Source: Ruminococcaceae bacterium UBA6845 (GTDB lineage Bacteria > Bacillota > Clostridia > Oscillospirales > Acutalibacteraceae). Taken from it: a DNA stretch of 64,000 nt. The stretch spans positions 106,113-170,112 of the forward strand of contig DKDP01000033.1 in the NCBI GenBank assembly GCA_002449395.1, written 5' to 3'. The notes under the pieces are model-generated. The model had not been told where the DNA came from, searched no databases, and saw only the letters and a list, made by a program, of their open reading frames with translations. Positions 1-11,106 of this stretch are shown here, piece by piece; positions within the stretch are counted from its first letter, which is position 1, and every line of letters starts with the position of its first letter. Position numbers and translations under genes: made by a program.

Positions 1-632
1 TGGTCCGCACTGTCTTTATCGGTATATACATACTCGCCGACGTGAGAGAGCATCGATATACCGCCCGCCTCTCTTACGCCCTTTGACGGAGTTTCGTAAT
101 CGCCGTAAACACCTGCAAGACCCTGACCGTAGTCGGAGAAATAACCCGTAAGGTGGCAGTCGGCTTTCGGAGTTGCCATATTGAGCTCAATGCCCTGCGG
201 AACATCCAGCATTCCGTTCTTGTGCGTTCTTTCTGTTGAAGCTGCAGTACCGCTGAGATATGAATCATATTCCTCATCGCTGAGCGGATCTATCGGAGCC
301 ATATGGGTGCGCTCATATTTAACAAGACGGATGAGCGGAACAAGATCGGGCACCTTATTCCATCCCTTGTTGATCGTGCCGTGATCCGTCAGTGCAACAA
401 CGTCATAGTTGAGGTCATAGTGCATCTGAACAAACTCTTTTATCGTCAGGTAACCGTCGCTTGCATTTGTCTGACAGTGCGGCTGAAATTTATAACTGCC
501 CCATTCGTCCCAATCAACTGCGTCATACGGATTTGTGATTATATATTTCTTACTTTTTGCCGTCGCTCCGATTACGAAAATCTGAGCCATAAGCACAACG
601 CTCAATACCACGGCAATAATCTTTTTTGCCAC
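1..632 (-). CDS. secreted PHP-domain-like protein, N-terminal ~210 codons (gene continues beyond window start)
   Basis: Absent from the ORF track because it has no stop inside the window. Manual reverse-strand translation from GTG at 632 (GGAGG at 641-645) stays open to position 1: MAKKIIAVVLSVVLMAQIFVIGATAKSKKYIITNPYDAVDWDEW...VVALTDHGTINKGW...VPQGIELN. The N-terminus looks like a signal peptide. Clear paralogue of the 51146-53194 product. Confidence 0.6.
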   Translation of the reverse strand, partial: MAKKIIAVVLSVVLMAQIFVIGATAKSKKYIITNPYDAVDWDEWGSYKFQPHCQTNASDGYLTIKEFVQMHYDLNYDVVALTDHGTINKGWNKVPDLVPLIRLVKYERTHMAPIDPLSDEEYDSYLSGTAASTERTHKNGMLDVPQGIELNMATPKADCHLTGYFSDYGQGLAGVYGDYETPSKGVREAGGISMLSHVGEYVYTDKDSAD

Positions 633-835
633 CTCGTTTACCTCCCAAAATAAACATATTATTTCCTCTATTATGTAGCATTTTATGCAGTTTGTCAACT
701 CGGTTTTTACATTTCAATCGAAAAGTAAAGATTTTATAGCTTTTTCGGAAAAGAGCTTGTGCGAAAACAGAAAAAAATATTCAAGGCTGTTATCTTTCTG
801 TCATCGCAAAATATTTTTTCTATGGAAAGCAAAAA

Positions 836-871
836 AGAGCCAAAACACAGGATTTTCTGTGTTTCGGCTCT
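836..871 (-). terminator. intrinsic terminator downstream of clpX
   Basis: A 15-bp stem with one mismatch (agagccaaaacacag / ctgtgtttcggctct) and a 6-nt loop. It is flanked by an A-run (831-835) and a T-run (872-876), so it could act in both directions. Confidence 0.7.
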
Positions 872-880
872 TTTTGTTTT

Positions 881-2149
881 TTATGCGTCGAGCTTGGCTC
901 GCTGTTTTTTGTGTTCAACCAAAGGTGCGGCGCTGTTTTCAACACAATCCTCAGTCACCTGCACGCTGACGATCGACTTGTCGCTCGGTACGGCGTACAT
1001 AATCGGCATAAGCAGGTTTTCCATAATGGATCGCAGTCCGCGTGCGCCCGTTTTCTTCTCAAGGGTTTTCTTCGCTATCGCCGTGAGAGCTTCGGGAGTA
1101 AAGTCAAGCTCAACTCCGTCCATCGAAAGCAGGGATTTGTACTGCTTAACAATGGCGTTCTTCGGCTCGGTGAGGATCTTGACAAGAGCTGTCTCATCAA
1201 GCTCCTTGAGCGTTGCGATAACCGGCAGTCTGCCGACAAGCTCGGGGATGATTCCGAACTTTGTTATGTCCTGCTGAACCACCTTTGACATGGCGTTTTC
1301 AACGGTAAAGGCTTCCTTATCCTTTATATCCGCCTCAAAGCCGAGTGCGGAACCGCCGATTCGCTTCTCGACGATTTTCTCAATTCCGTCAAATGCTCCG
1401 CCGCAAATGAAGAGAATGTTTGAGGTGTTGACCTGTATGCACTCCTGCTGGGGATGCTTCCTGCCGCCCTGTGGAGGTACGTTTGCAACAGTGCCCTCAA
1501 CGATTTTCAGCAAAGCCTGCTGAACTCCCTCGCCGCTTACATCACGTGTAATTGACGGATTTTCCGACTTTCTCGCAATCTTGTCGATCTCGTCGACATA
1601 GATTATGCCACGCTCAGCCTTTTCAATGTCGAAATCGGCGGCTTGAATCAGTCTGAGAAGAATGTTTTCAACATCCTCGCCGACATAGCCCGCCTCGGTG
1701 AGCGTTGTTGCGTCCGCAATAGCAAACGGAACGTCAATTATCTTCGCAAGAGTCTGCGCAAGCATCGTCTTTCCTACACCCGTCGGTCCGAGGAGAAGAA
1801 TGTTGCTCTTCTGTATCTCGACATCGGATTCCTCACGCTTGAAAACTCTCTTATAGTGATTGTAAACTGCGACGCTGAGAGTGACCTTAGCTTCGTCCTG
1901 TCCGATAACGTATTCATCGAGACCCTTTTTGATCTCCATCGGTGTCGGAAGTCGGAAGTCCTTAGCCTGTTTCTTCCTGGCTCTGCCTGCCGCCGCCTGT
2001 TCCTCTGCCATAATCGCACTGCAAAGATCAATGCACTCATTGCAGATGTAAACGCCCGGACCTGCGATTATTTTATCGACCTGTCCGTCCGTCTTGCCGC
2101 AAAAAGAACAGCGAACGCTTTTTTCACGTCTTTCATCATCTCTTGGCAT
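881..2149 (-). CDS. clpX: ATP-dependent Clp protease ATP-binding subunit ClpX
   Basis: N-terminal zinc ribbon CSFCGK...CNEC, Walker A GPTGVGKT, and full-length ClpX-like sequence. Lies directly downstream of clpP. Confidence 0.97.
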   Translation of the reverse strand: MPRDDERREKSVRCSFCGKTDGQVDKIIAGPGVYICNECIDLCSAIMAEEQAAAGRARKKQAKDFRLPTPMEIKKGLDEYVIGQDEAKVTLSVAVYNHYKRVFKREESDVEIQKSNILLLGPTGVGKTMLAQTLAKIIDVPFAIADATTLTEAGYVGEDVENILLRLIQAADFDIEKAERGIIYVDEIDKIARKSENPSITRDVSGEGVQQALLKIVEGTVANVPPQGGRKHPQQECIQVNTSNILFICGGAFDGIEKIVEKRIGGSALGFEADIKDKEAFTVENAMSKVVQQDITKFGIIPELVGRLPVIATLKELDETALVKILTEPKNAIVKQYKSLLSMDGVELDFTPEALTAIAKKTLEKKTGARGLRSIMENLLMPIMYAVPSDKSIVSVQVTEDCVENSAAPLVEHKKQRAKLDA

Positions 2150-2164
2150 CGTTACACCCCTGAT

Positions 2165-2746
2165 TTATCTTTTGTAAAGAACCTTATCAACAAGGCCGTA
2201 GTCCATGGCCTCCTGAGCCGTAAGGTAGTTGTCACGCTCAGTATCAATTGCGATCTGCTCGATCGGCTTGCCTGTATTCTCGGCAAGGATCTGATTGAGC
2301 TTTTCTCTTGTCTTGAGGATCTGATCGGCAACGATCTTGATCTCGGTTGCCTGACCCTGAGCGCCGCCGAGCGGCTGATGAATCATAATTGTGCTGTTCG
2401 GGAGAGCAATTCTCTTGCCCTTTGCGCCCGATGAAAGCAGAAATGCGCCCATCGAAGCCGCCATACCCATACAGATTGTTGAAACATCGCATTTGATGTA
2501 CTGCATCGTGTCATAAATCGCAAAGCCTGCGGTAACCGATCCGCCCGGGCTGTTGATGTAAAGGCTGATGTCCTTATCGGGATCCTGTCCCTCGAGGAAA
2601 AGCATCTGAGCAACAACAAGGCTTGCGGTTGCATCATTGACTTCATCGGAAAGAACTATAATTCTGTCGCTGAGAAGTCTTGAAAAAATATCGTATGAAC
2701 GTTCGCCTCTGTTTGTCTGTTCGATAACATAAGGTACCAGTGCCAT
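2165..2746 (-). CDS. clpP: ATP-dependent Clp protease proteolytic subunit ClpP
   Basis: 193 aa with typical ClpP sequence ([33 protein letters not shown]). Confidence 0.97.
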   Translation of the reverse strand: MALVPYVIEQTNRGERSYDIFSRLLSDRIIVLSDEVNDATASLVVAQMLFLEGQDPDKDISLYINSPGGSVTAGFAIYDTMQYIKCDVSTICMGMAASMGAFLLSSGAKGKRIALPNSTIMIHQPLGGAQGQATEIKIVADQILKTREKLNQILAENTGKPIEQIAIDTERDNYLTAQEAMDYGLVDKVLYKR

Positions 2747-2844
2747 ATTTATTCCTCCGTTCTTAGTGTTTTGGTGTCATAATAGTGCAAATGAATGGCA
2801 AAGAGCCATCCATCCGCATTAATTATAATCATTTATAAGCAAAA

Positions 2845-4197
2845 TTATTCAGCGTCTGCCGGCTTTTCTTCTTCTTTCTTTGCGGCAGCTTTCTTTGTTG
2901 TCTTCTTCGGCTTCTCTGCTACGATAGCCTTAGCGTTTGCAACAAGGAAATCGACTGTCTTCTTGCCGACAACGTCTTTCTTAACATCCTCAACGTTAAC
3001 CCACTTCTTAACCTGCTCAACGTCAAGCTGATACATATCTGCCATTTCCTTGAGCTGTGCCTCAGCCTCCTCATCGGTTGCCTCGATCTTCTCAAGCTCG
3101 GCGATCTTCTCAACTGCAAGCTGGAGCTTAACCTGCTTAACGGCATTGTCCCTCATACTTGCCTTAAACTTGTCTCTGTCCATACCCATATACTGGAGAT
3201 ATGTGTCAAGCGGAATACCCTGCTGAGCAAGTCTGTTCTCGTAGTCCTTAACATCGTCCTCGAGCTTGTTGTCATACATAACCTCGGGGATCTCGCCCTC
3301 AACGAGATCAACGACCTTTTCAAGAACTGCGCTCTCGAAGTCCTTCTCGACATCCTCTTTCTTCTTATCGGAAAGCTCTGCCTTGATCTTCTTCTTGAGT
3401 TCGGCGAGTGTATCAACCTCATCGTCAACGTCCTTTGCGAAATCGTCGTCAAGAGCCGGAAGCTCCTTCATCTTGATCTCGTGAAGAACAACCTTGAACA
3501 CTGCTTCCTTACCTGCAAGCTCGGGAGTGTACTCGGTCGGGAATGTAACGTTTACGTCAAACTCATCGCCTGTCTTGTGACCGATGATCTGATCCTCGAA
3601 GCCGGGGATGAACTGACCCGATCCGAGTGTAAGCTCATAATTCTCGCCCTTGCCGCCGTCGAATGCAACGCCGTCAACAAAGCCCTCAAAGTCGATAACT
3701 GCGATATCGTTCTTCTTAGCCTTTCTGTCGTCAACGGTAACAACACGTGCGTTTCTCTCCTGCATGGAAGCAAGCTCTTTCTTAACGTCGTCTGCGCAGA
3801 CTGAAGCGTCACCCTTGTCCGCCTCGATGCCCTTATAGTTTGCAATCGAGATTTCCGGCTTAACGGTAACCTTCATTGTCATCTCAACGCCGTCCTTGCC
3901 GATCTTTGTAACGTCAAGGTCGTGGGGAGCGGCAACAGGCTCAATGCCTGCCTCTTTGATAGCGTCGCTGACAACGCCGGGATATACGATATCAAGCGCA
4001 TCCTCGAAGAATACGCCCTCGCCGTAGAACTTTTCAATCATTTTAAGCGGAGCCTTACCCTTACGGAAACCGGGAAGCTGAATCTTGTTCTTCTGCTTGT
4101 TATAAGCCTGAAGAATTGCCTTGTTGAAGTCCTCGCCGCTTACGCTGACTTCAAGAGTGTAGATGTTTGTTTCTGTCTTGTTAGCTGATTTTAACAT
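2845..4197 (-). CDS. tig: trigger factor (peptidyl-prolyl isomerase)
   Basis: Trigger-factor N-terminus GFRKGKAP and an FKBP-like middle domain. I chose the ATG at 4197 (M33 of the ORF) because AGGAGG sits 8-9 nt upstream. The C-terminus is a Lys/Ala/Glu-rich tail. Confidence 0.92.
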   Translation of the reverse strand: MLKSANKTETNIYTLEVSVSGEDFNKAILQAYNKQKNKIQLPGFRKGKAPLKMIEKFYGEGVFFEDALDIVYPGVVSDAIKEAGIEPVAAPHDLDVTKIGKDGVEMTMKVTVKPEISIANYKGIEADKGDASVCADDVKKELASMQERNARVVTVDDRKAKKNDIAVIDFEGFVDGVAFDGGKGENYELTLGSGQFIPGFEDQIIGHKTGDEFDVNVTFPTEYTPELAGKEAVFKVVLHEIKMKELPALDDDFAKDVDDEVDTLAELKKKIKAELSDKKKEDVEKDFESAVLEKVVDLVEGEIPEVMYDNKLEDDVKDYENRLAQQGIPLDTYLQYMGMDRDKFKASMRDNAVKQVKLQLAVEKIAELEKIEATDEEAEAQLKEMADMYQLDVEQVKKWVNVEDVKKDVVGKKTVDFLVANAKAIVAEKPKKTTKKAAAKKEEEKPADAE

Positions 4198-4561
4198 TAA
4201 AAACTTCCTCCTGTGTGGTACTCGGGAGCATACATACTCCCACAAATACCTATTAACTTTTGTATTATAGCAGATGTTTTCAGCTTTTTCCATACCTTTT
4301 TCAAAAATTTTTCTTATTTAAGGAATTATTTTTTATGTTTTTGCCTTACATAATACGAAAAAGGTCAAAAAAGGTCGATTCCGACAGATTTTCTGTCCGA
4401 TCAGACTTTTTTGCCGCATCGAATCAAAAAGCGTATTTTTCTGTCGCAACGATGAGATTAACCGACGATTGAGACGGTTAACGGAGTATTTTTTGTAACA
4501 AAGTACACAAACTGCATAGTAAAATTCTACATTCAGTTTGAATATATTAATCAAAGACTGC

Positions 4562-4590
4562 TTGAATTTTATCTTTCTTTTTGATACAAT
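4562..4590 (+). promoter_or_regulatory. sigma-A-type promoter for the glg operon
   Basis: TTGAAT (4562-4567), 17-nt spacer, TACAAT (4585-4590), with an upstream TG (extended -10). Confidence 0.5.
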
Positions 4591-4628
4591 ATATAATGTA
4601 TAATAATAAAGTTACCAGAGGTGACTCA

Positions 4629-6560
4629 ATGAAAAAGAATAAAACAAATATAAACGACGTTCCTCTTTATCTCTTCCATAAGGGGCAGAACGCCAAGACA
4701 TATGAATTTCTCGGTTCACACCGTTCGGGCAAGGACGGGGTTGTGTTCCGTGTCTGGGCACCCCATGCGGCGGCGGTCAGCGTGGTAGGCGATTTCAACG
4801 AATGGGATCCCGAAAAAAATCCTATGAAAAAGCTCGAGGACAACGCTGTTTGGGAGTGTAAAATCAAAGGAATAAAGCAGTTTGACAACTATAAATACTG
4901 TATAACCACGCAAACGGGCGAGCTTCGCTACAAGGCAGATCCCTACGGTTTTCACGCCGAGACCCGTCCCGAGACTGCCTCAAAGTTTTACGATATTGAC
5001 GGCTACGCTTGGAAAGATGAAAAATGGATGGCAAAAAGAAAGACAACCAACGTCTATGAAAGCCCTGTAAACATCTATGAGGTGCACGCAGGCTCCTGGA
5101 AACAGCACGAGGACGGAAATTTTCTTTCTTACCGTCAATTAGCAGACGAATTGACAAAATATGTCAAGGATATGGGATATACTCATATTGAGTTGCTTCC
5201 GATATGCGAGCATCCGTTTGACGGATCGTGGGGATATCAGGTAACGGGTTATTTTGCACCGACGTCACGTTACGGCGAGCCGAAGGACTTTATGTACTTC
5301 GTTGATAAGTGCCACCGTGAGGGCATCGGCGTTATTCTCGACTGGGTGCCCGCCCATTTTCCGAAAGACGCACACGGACTTTATGAATTTGATGGCCAGA
5401 GCTGTTACGAATACGACGATATCCGCAAGGGCGAGCATTTGCAGTGGGGCACAAAGATTTTTGACTACGGACGTAATGAAGTCAGGAGCTTTCTCACCTC
5501 ATCGGCGATGTTCTGGCTTGAAAAATATCACGTCGACGGACTGCGTGTTGACGCCGTTGCCTCAATGCTCTACCTTGATTACGGCAGGAACGACGGCGAG
5601 TGGATTGCCAATAAAAACGGTGGCAGAGAGAACCTTGAGGCTGTGGAGTTTTTACAGAATCTCAACATCTCAATCTTCCGTGAGCATCCCGACGTTATGA
5701 TGATCGCCGAGGAGAGCACATCGTGGCCGCTGGTTTCAAAGCCCGTCTGCGACGGAGGACTCGGATTCAACTTCAAATGGAATATGGGTTGGATGAATGA
5801 CTGCCTGAAATATTTTTCTATGGACGGCATCTTCAGAAAGTTTAACCACAACTGCCTGACGTTCTCGTTCTTCTATGCCTTTTCGGAAAACTTTGTGCTT
5901 CCGATTTCACATGACGAGGTTGTTCACGGCAAATGCTCGATGATCGGTAAAATGCCGGGCGAATATGACGAAAAATTTGCAGGACTCAGAGCGTTCTACG
6001 CTTATATGGCTGCTCATCCGGGCAAAAAGCTCCTGTTTATGGGTCAGGAATTTGCCCAGTTCATCGAGTGGAATTACAAGCAGGGACTTGACTGGCTGCT
6101 GCTCGACTATGAAAAGCACGCAAAGATGCAGTCATATGTGCGCACGCTGAACAAGCTCTATCAAAAGAACAGTCCCCTCTGGCAGATCGACTACGACTGG
6201 GAGGGATTCAACTGGATCAGCAACGATGATGTTGACAATTCCGTCATTTCTTTCAGAAGAATCGACAGGGATAAAAAGGAAATTATTGCGGTCTGCAACT
6301 TCACCAATGTTGAGCGCAGCGGCTACCGAATCGGCGTACCGAGGGCGGGAACCTACAAGGTTATTCTCAACACCGACGCCGAGGAGTTCGGCGGCAGCGG
6401 CAAGGGCACCGCAGTTAAAGTAAAGAGTGAAAAAATTCCGATGCACGGCTTCGACAACAGCATAGCGCTTGACCTTGCGGGACTGAGTGTTATCTACCTG
6501 ACGCCGCCGGCAAAGAGAAAAACAACAAAGAAAAATACGACTGAAAAAGTCAGCAAATAA
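4629..6560 (+). CDS. glgB: 1,4-alpha-glucan branching enzyme
   Basis: GH13 branching-enzyme motifs ([38 protein letters not shown]). Start taken at ATG 4629 (M17 of the ORF), preceded by AGAGGTGA. Confidence 0.95.
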   Translation: MKKNKTNINDVPLYLFHKGQNAKTYEFLGSHRSGKDGVVFRVWAPHAAAVSVVGDFNEWDPEKNPMKKLEDNAVWECKIKGIKQFDNYKYCITTQTGELRYKADPYGFHAETRPETASKFYDIDGYAWKDEKWMAKRKTTNVYESPVNIYEVHAGSWKQHEDGNFLSYRQLADELTKYVKDMGYTHIELLPICEHPFDGSWGYQVTGYFAPTSRYGEPKDFMYFVDKCHREGIGVILDWVPAHFPKDAHGLYEFDGQSCYEYDDIRKGEHLQWGTKIFDYGRNEVRSFLTSSAMFWLEKYHVDGLRVDAVASMLYLDYGRNDGEWIANKNGGRENLEAVEFLQNLNISIFREHPDVMMIAEESTSWPLVSKPVCDGGLGFNFKWNMGWMNDCLKYFSMDGIFRKFNHNCLTFSFFYAFSENFVLPISHDEVVHGKCSMIGKMPGEYDEKFAGLRAFYAYMAAHPGKKLLFMGQEFAQFIEWNYKQGLDWLLLDYEKHAKMQSYVRTLNKLYQKNSPLWQIDYDWEGFNWISNDDVDNSVISFRRIDRDKKEIIAVCNFTNVERSGYRIGVPRAGTYKVILNTDAEEFGGSGKGTAVKVKSEKIPMHGFDNSIALDLAGLSVIYLTPPAKRKTTKKNTTEKVSK

Positions 6561-6573
6561 AGGAGGAATAGTA

Positions 6574-7785
6574 ATGTCCCGAAAACATGAATGTATCGCA
6601 ATGCTCCTCGCAGGCGGACAGGGAAGCCGCCTCGGTATTCTTACAAAGAACATTGCAAAGCCCGCCGTTCCCTACGGCGGTAAATACCGAATTATTGATT
6701 TCCCGCTTTCAAACTGCGTAAACTCCGGCATATATACTGTCGGCGTTCTCACCCAGTACCAGCCGCTTGAATTAAACGACTACATCGGCAACGGACAGGC
6801 ATGGGATCTTGACCGTGCCGACGGCGGCGTTCACATTCTCTCCCCCTATCAGCAGATATCGGGTACCGAGTGGTATAAGGGAACCGCCAACGCAATTTAT
6901 CAGAACATCAACTTCATCGACAGATATGATCCGGAGTATGTGCTCGTTCTCTCGGGCGACCATATCTATAAGATGGATTATTCCAAGATGATTTCTTTCC
7001 ACAAGGAGAAGAATGCGGACTGCACAATCGCTATGCTTGAGGTTCCGTGGGAGGAGGCTTCCCGTTTCGGACTTATGCTCGTCAACGACGACGGCTCAAT
7101 CGCCGAGTTTGAGGAGAAGCCGAAAAATCCACGTTCAAACAAGGCATCGATGGGCGTTTACGTTTTCTCGTGGAAAAAGCTCAGACAGTACCTGCTTGAC
7201 GACGAGGCAAATCCGAACTCCAGCAACGACTTCGGCAAGGATCTTATCCCTGCAATGCACGCCGCTCACGAGAGACTTTTCGCCTATGAATTTGACGGCT
7301 ACTGGAAAGATGTCGGAACAATCGACAGCCTTTGGGAGGCTAACCTTGACCTGCTGAATCCGAAGGTTGATCTCGATCTTACGGACACAAGCTGGAAAAT
7401 CTATGCCAAGGATCCGATCACGGGACCGCATTATGTTTCCGACACCGCTAAGGTTCAGAACTCTATGGTTGCCGAGGGCTGTGAGATTGAGGGCGAGGTT
7501 GATTTCTCCGTTCTCTTTGCAAACGTCACTGTCGAGGAGGGCGCAATCGTCAAGGATTCGATCGTTATGCCCGGCAGTGTGATCAAAAAGGGTGCGGTCG
7601 TTCAGTATGCGATCGTTGCCGAGAATGTCACCGTTGAGGAGGGCGCTAAGGTCGGCAAACGTCCCGAGGAGATGGAGAACCTCGAGGATTGGGGCGTTTC
7701 GGTCGTCGGAATGGGCGTCAACATCGGCAAGGGCGCAACGGTTGAGCCGAAAGCAATGATCGGCGAAGATGTAAAGGAGGCGTAA
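6574..7785 (+). CDS. glgC: glucose-1-phosphate adenylyltransferase
   Basis: [13 protein letters not shown]...[19 protein letters not shown] and a C-terminal left-handed beta-helix region. Confidence 0.95.
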   Translation: MSRKHECIAMLLAGGQGSRLGILTKNIAKPAVPYGGKYRIIDFPLSNCVNSGIYTVGVLTQYQPLELNDYIGNGQAWDLDRADGGVHILSPYQQISGTEWYKGTANAIYQNINFIDRYDPEYVLVLSGDHIYKMDYSKMISFHKEKNADCTIAMLEVPWEEASRFGLMLVNDDGSIAEFEEKPKNPRSNKASMGVYVFSWKKLRQYLLDDEANPNSSNDFGKDLIPAMHAAHERLFAYEFDGYWKDVGTIDSLWEANLDLLNPKVDLDLTDTSWKIYAKDPITGPHYVSDTAKVQNSMVAEGCEIEGEVDFSVLFANVTVEEGAIVKDSIVMPGSVIKKGAVVQYAIVAENVTVEEGAKVGKRPEEMENLEDWGVSVVGMGVNIGKGATVEPKAMIGEDVKEA

Positions 7786-7788
7786 ACA

Positions 7789-8898
7789 ATGAGAGCAAAT
7801 AATGTACTCGGACTTATATTTTCAAATACATACGATAATTATCTCAGTGAGATAACGTCGGTTCGCTCCATGGGTTCCGTGCCTTACGGCTGTCGCTACC
7901 GTTTGATCGACTTCCAGCTTTCCGCTATGGTTAACAGCGGCATCGGCAAGGTCGGTATCATCACAAAGAGCAACTATCAGTCCCTTATGGATCACGTCGG
8001 ACACGGCAGAGCCTGGGATCTTTCAAGGAAAAACGGCGGACTTTATCTTCTTCCGCCTTTCAATATCGGCACAACGGGTATCTACTCCAACAAGATCGAG
8101 GCTATCTCGAGCGCGATGAACTTCCTGCGCAATTCGGAGGAGGAGTACGTCCTTATGTCCGACTGCAATACGATTTACAACGTAGATTTCAGGGATATGT
8201 TTGACCGTCACTTAAAGACGGGCGCAGATATAACGATCGCCTACAAGCACACCGCCGCTCCCGCAATCCGTGAGCTTACAAAATTCGAGCTTGCGGGCGA
8301 CGGCAGAATCACATCAATAAGCCGCAGAACTGACGACGAGGCAAACTATTCGCTGAACGTTATCTTTATGAGAAAATCTCTTCTTGAGAGACTTATCTCG
8401 GAGGCGATCGGTCTCGGATATCATTCGTTCACCGAGGACGTTCTTCAGAAGAATATCAAGTCGCTGAAGATTTACGGCTGTGAGTTTGACGGCTATGTCA
8501 GGACGATCGACGGTATTCAAAGCTACTTTGAGGCGAATATGGATCTTCTCAAAAAGGAGAACCGCAAATCGCTCTTCTCAAAGGAAAAGCCTGTATTCAC
8601 AAAGGTCAAGGACGATGTTCCCGCTATCTACGGTCTCGATTCGCACGCTTCAAATTCGCTTATTGCGGACGGCTGTGTGGTCGAGGGCACGGTTGAGAAC
8701 AGCGTTCTGTTCAGAGGCGTTCATATCGGCAAGGGTGCGGTTGTCAAAAACTGCGTGCTTATGCAGAACGCATATATCAGCGACGACGTCAAGCTCAACT
8801 GCGTAATCGCCGACAAGAATGTAGTTATCAAGCCCAACAAAAATCTTTCGGGCGATGTCAAGTTCCCTGTATTCATCGGAAAGGGAATAGTAATCTGA
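7789..8898 (+). CDS. glgD: glucose-1-phosphate adenylyltransferase subunit GlgD
   Basis: GlgC paralogue lacking the GGxGxRL loop (LIFSNTYD...VPYGCRYRLIDFQLS). Position after glgC is typical of Firmicutes. Confidence 0.88.
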   Translation: MRANNVLGLIFSNTYDNYLSEITSVRSMGSVPYGCRYRLIDFQLSAMVNSGIGKVGIITKSNYQSLMDHVGHGRAWDLSRKNGGLYLLPPFNIGTTGIYSNKIEAISSAMNFLRNSEEEYVLMSDCNTIYNVDFRDMFDRHLKTGADITIAYKHTAAPAIRELTKFELAGDGRITSISRRTDDEANYSLNVIFMRKSLLERLISEAIGLGYHSFTEDVLQKNIKSLKIYGCEFDGYVRTIDGIQSYFEANMDLLKKENRKSLFSKEKPVFTKVKDDVPAIYGLDSHASNSLIADGCVVEGTVENSVLFRGVHIGKGAVVKNCVLMQNAYISDDVKLNCVIADKNVVIKPNKNLSGDVKFPVFIGKGIVI

Positions 8899-8913
8899 GA
8901 AAGGATGAGATAG

Positions 8914-10335
8914 ATGAAAGTTTTATATGCTTCCTCCGAAGCTCTCCCGTTTATGGCGAGCGGCGGACTCGGCGATGTTGCGGGCTCACTGCCGCATGCG
9001 CTGAGAAAAAGGCTTATCGGCTGCCGTGTAGTTATGCCGATGTATGATACGATCAAGCAGGAGCTCAAGGACAAGATGAAGTTCATCACTCACATCTCCG
9101 TCCCCGTTGCCTGGAGACGTCAGTACTGCGGAATTTTTGAGGCAAAGTACAACGGCGTTATATATTATCTTCTTGATAATCAGTATTATTTCAAGCGTGA
9201 CACAATCTACGGTCACTATGATGATGCGGAGAGATTTGCATTTTTCTCACGTGCCGTTCTTGAGATAATTCCCTACATTGATTTCAAACCCGACATTATC
9301 CATTGCAATGACTGGCAGACGGCTCTTACTCCCGTTTACTACTCTGCAATGTATGCAAACTCACCGGGTTATGAAAACATCAAAACGATTTTCACAATTC
9401 ACAACATTCAGTATCAGGGAATTTACGGCAAGGAGCTTCTTGAGGATGTTCTCGGAATCCCTGCCAACAAGGCTTCCCTGCTCGAATATGACGGATGCGT
9501 AAACTTTATGAAGGGCGCTATTGAATGCGCCGACAAGGTTACGACCGTCAGCCCGTCCTATGCCGATGAAATTCTTGACCCGTGGTATTCGCACGGTCTT
9601 GATTCAATCCTCAATGACCGCCGCTATAAGCTCAGCGGAATACTTAACGGTATTGACACGGTAGGATACGATCCCGCAACAGACAAATGCATCAAGGCTA
9701 ATTTCTCCGCCGACGATGTTTCGGGCAAGAAGATTGACAAAGAGGAGCTTCAGAAAGAAATGGGACTTCCTGTTAAGCCGGGCGTTCCCGTAATCGGAAT
9801 GGTTACAAGACTTGTTTCCCATAAGGGACTTGATCTTGTCAAGGGTATTCTTGATGAACTGCTTGCAACATCCGAGATGCAGCTGGTTGTTCTCGGTTCG
9901 GGCGACTATGAATACGAAAGCTATTTCCGTTGGATTGCCGACAAATATCCCGACAAGGTCGGCTTGAGAATCGGTTTTGTTCCCGAGCTTGCAAGAAAGA
10001 TTTATGCAGGAGCGGATATGTTCCTTATGCCGTCAAAGAGTGAGCCCTGCGGACTTTCCCAGATGGTTGCGCTCCGTTACGGCACGGTTCCGATCGTTCG
10101 TGAGACCGGCGGATTGAGAGATTCAATCACCGACTGCGGCGACGGCAAGGGCAACGGCTTCACCTTCAAGAGCTACAACGCTCACGATATGCTCGACGCT
10201 ATCCGCCGTGCGCTTACCCTCTACTACAACGGAGATTGGAGTACCCTCGTTCTCCGTGCGCTCAACTGTGATTTCAGCTGGGGACGCTCTGCGAACGCTT
10301 ACATCCGACTTTATAAGGAAACATTAAAAGGCTGA
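8914..10335 (+). CDS. glgA: glycogen synthase (ADP-glucose type)
   Basis: MKVLYASSEALPFMASGGLGDV N-terminus; GT5 family over the full length. Confidence 0.95.
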   Translation: MKVLYASSEALPFMASGGLGDVAGSLPHALRKRLIGCRVVMPMYDTIKQELKDKMKFITHISVPVAWRRQYCGIFEAKYNGVIYYLLDNQYYFKRDTIYGHYDDAERFAFFSRAVLEIIPYIDFKPDIIHCNDWQTALTPVYYSAMYANSPGYENIKTIFTIHNIQYQGIYGKELLEDVLGIPANKASLLEYDGCVNFMKGAIECADKVTTVSPSYADEILDPWYSHGLDSILNDRRYKLSGILNGIDTVGYDPATDKCIKANFSADDVSGKKIDKEELQKEMGLPVKPGVPVIGMVTRLVSHKGLDLVKGILDELLATSEMQLVVLGSGDYEYESYFRWIADKYPDKVGLRIGFVPELARKIYAGADMFLMPSKSEPCGLSQMVALRYGTVPIVRETGGLRDSITDCGDGKGNGFTFKSYNAHDMLDAIRRALTLYYNGDWSTLVLRALNCDFSWGRSANAYIRLYKETLKG

Positions 10336-10395
10336 ATAAAAATCAAACTGTCCCGGCGAACTCCGTCGGGGCAGTTGTAAAGGAATACATATTAT

Positions 10396-11073
10396 ATGAA
10401 ATCATATTACATTCAACTCATCCGCAACGGACTGACCGAGGGCAACGTCAGCGGAAAATATGTCGGTCACATTGACGAGCCGCTCAGCGATGAGGGAATC
10501 GCTCAGATCGAGCAGATGAAAAAGGACTACAAATATCCTCCTGTTGACGCAGTTTTTGCAAGCCCGCTGTCACGCTGTACTCAAACGGCGAAAATTATCT
10601 ATCCGAATTGCGAACCCATCGTTATAAACGGACTGATTGAATACAACTTCGGCGAATTTGAGGGTAAAACGGCGGAGGAATTGCAGGATCACCCTGTTTT
10701 TCCCGACTGGCTGGCAGGCAAAAAGGGCGTTGAACCGCCGTTCGGCGAGAGCAACGACGAGTTTGCAAACCGAATCGCAAACGCATTTATAAAGATCGTT
10801 GACGGACTGATCGAGACGGGCGTTACGCACACGGCGATTATCACCCACGGCGGAGTTATTATGGCTCTTCTGACACTGTTCGGACTGCCGCAGGCTCCGA
10901 TGCACGAGTGGCTGACTCCCGGCGGATGCGGATACACAATAAGAATAACGCCCTCACTTTGGTCGCAGGGACGCAAGGTTGAGGTTATCGCTCAGATTCC
11001 CGAGGTTGAGGGCGAAAAGGACAGCTTCGGTCCGGATGACGACTTCAATGTTGAGGATTATATTAACGATTAA
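10396..11073 (+). CDS. histidine phosphatase superfamily (phosphoglycerate-mutase-like) protein with RNG in place of the RHG nucleophile motif
   Basis: IQLIRNGLTEGN...HIDEPLSDEG...SPLSRC.QTA...ITHGGVI. The fold motifs are present, but codon 11 is AAC (Asn, 10426-10428) where the catalytic His is expected. Confidence 0.75.
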   Translation: MKSYYIQLIRNGLTEGNVSGKYVGHIDEPLSDEGIAQIEQMKKDYKYPPVDAVFASPLSRCTQTAKIIYPNCEPIVINGLIEYNFGEFEGKTAEELQDHPVFPDWLAGKKGVEPPFGESNDEFANRIANAFIKIVDGLIETGVTHTAIITHGGVIMALLTLFGLPQAPMHEWLTPGGCGYTIRITPSLWSQGRKVEVIAQIPEVEGEKDSFGPDDDFNVEDYIND

Positions 11074-11106
11074 GAATATTTCGTTCAAGAAATAAGGAGC
11101 GTTTAA

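Noticed and set aside
4363-4379. CtsR-operator-like direct repeat GGTCAAA-AAA-GGTCGAT in the tig/glgB divergent spacer, upstream of the tig-clpP-clpX array
   Set aside because: The second heptad is degenerate (5/7). The site lies about 100 bp upstream of the best tig promoter candidate (-10 at 4264-4269) and about 200 bp upstream of the glgB promoter, so it overlaps neither. No box lies directly upstream of clpP. Not enough evidence to call it a regulatory site.
10350-10376. Hairpin after glgA as an operon-ending terminator
   Set aside because: An 11-bp stem with two G-U pairs is present, but it is followed by ttgtaaagg, with no T-run. It is more likely a weak pause or stability element, so I did not list it as a terminator.
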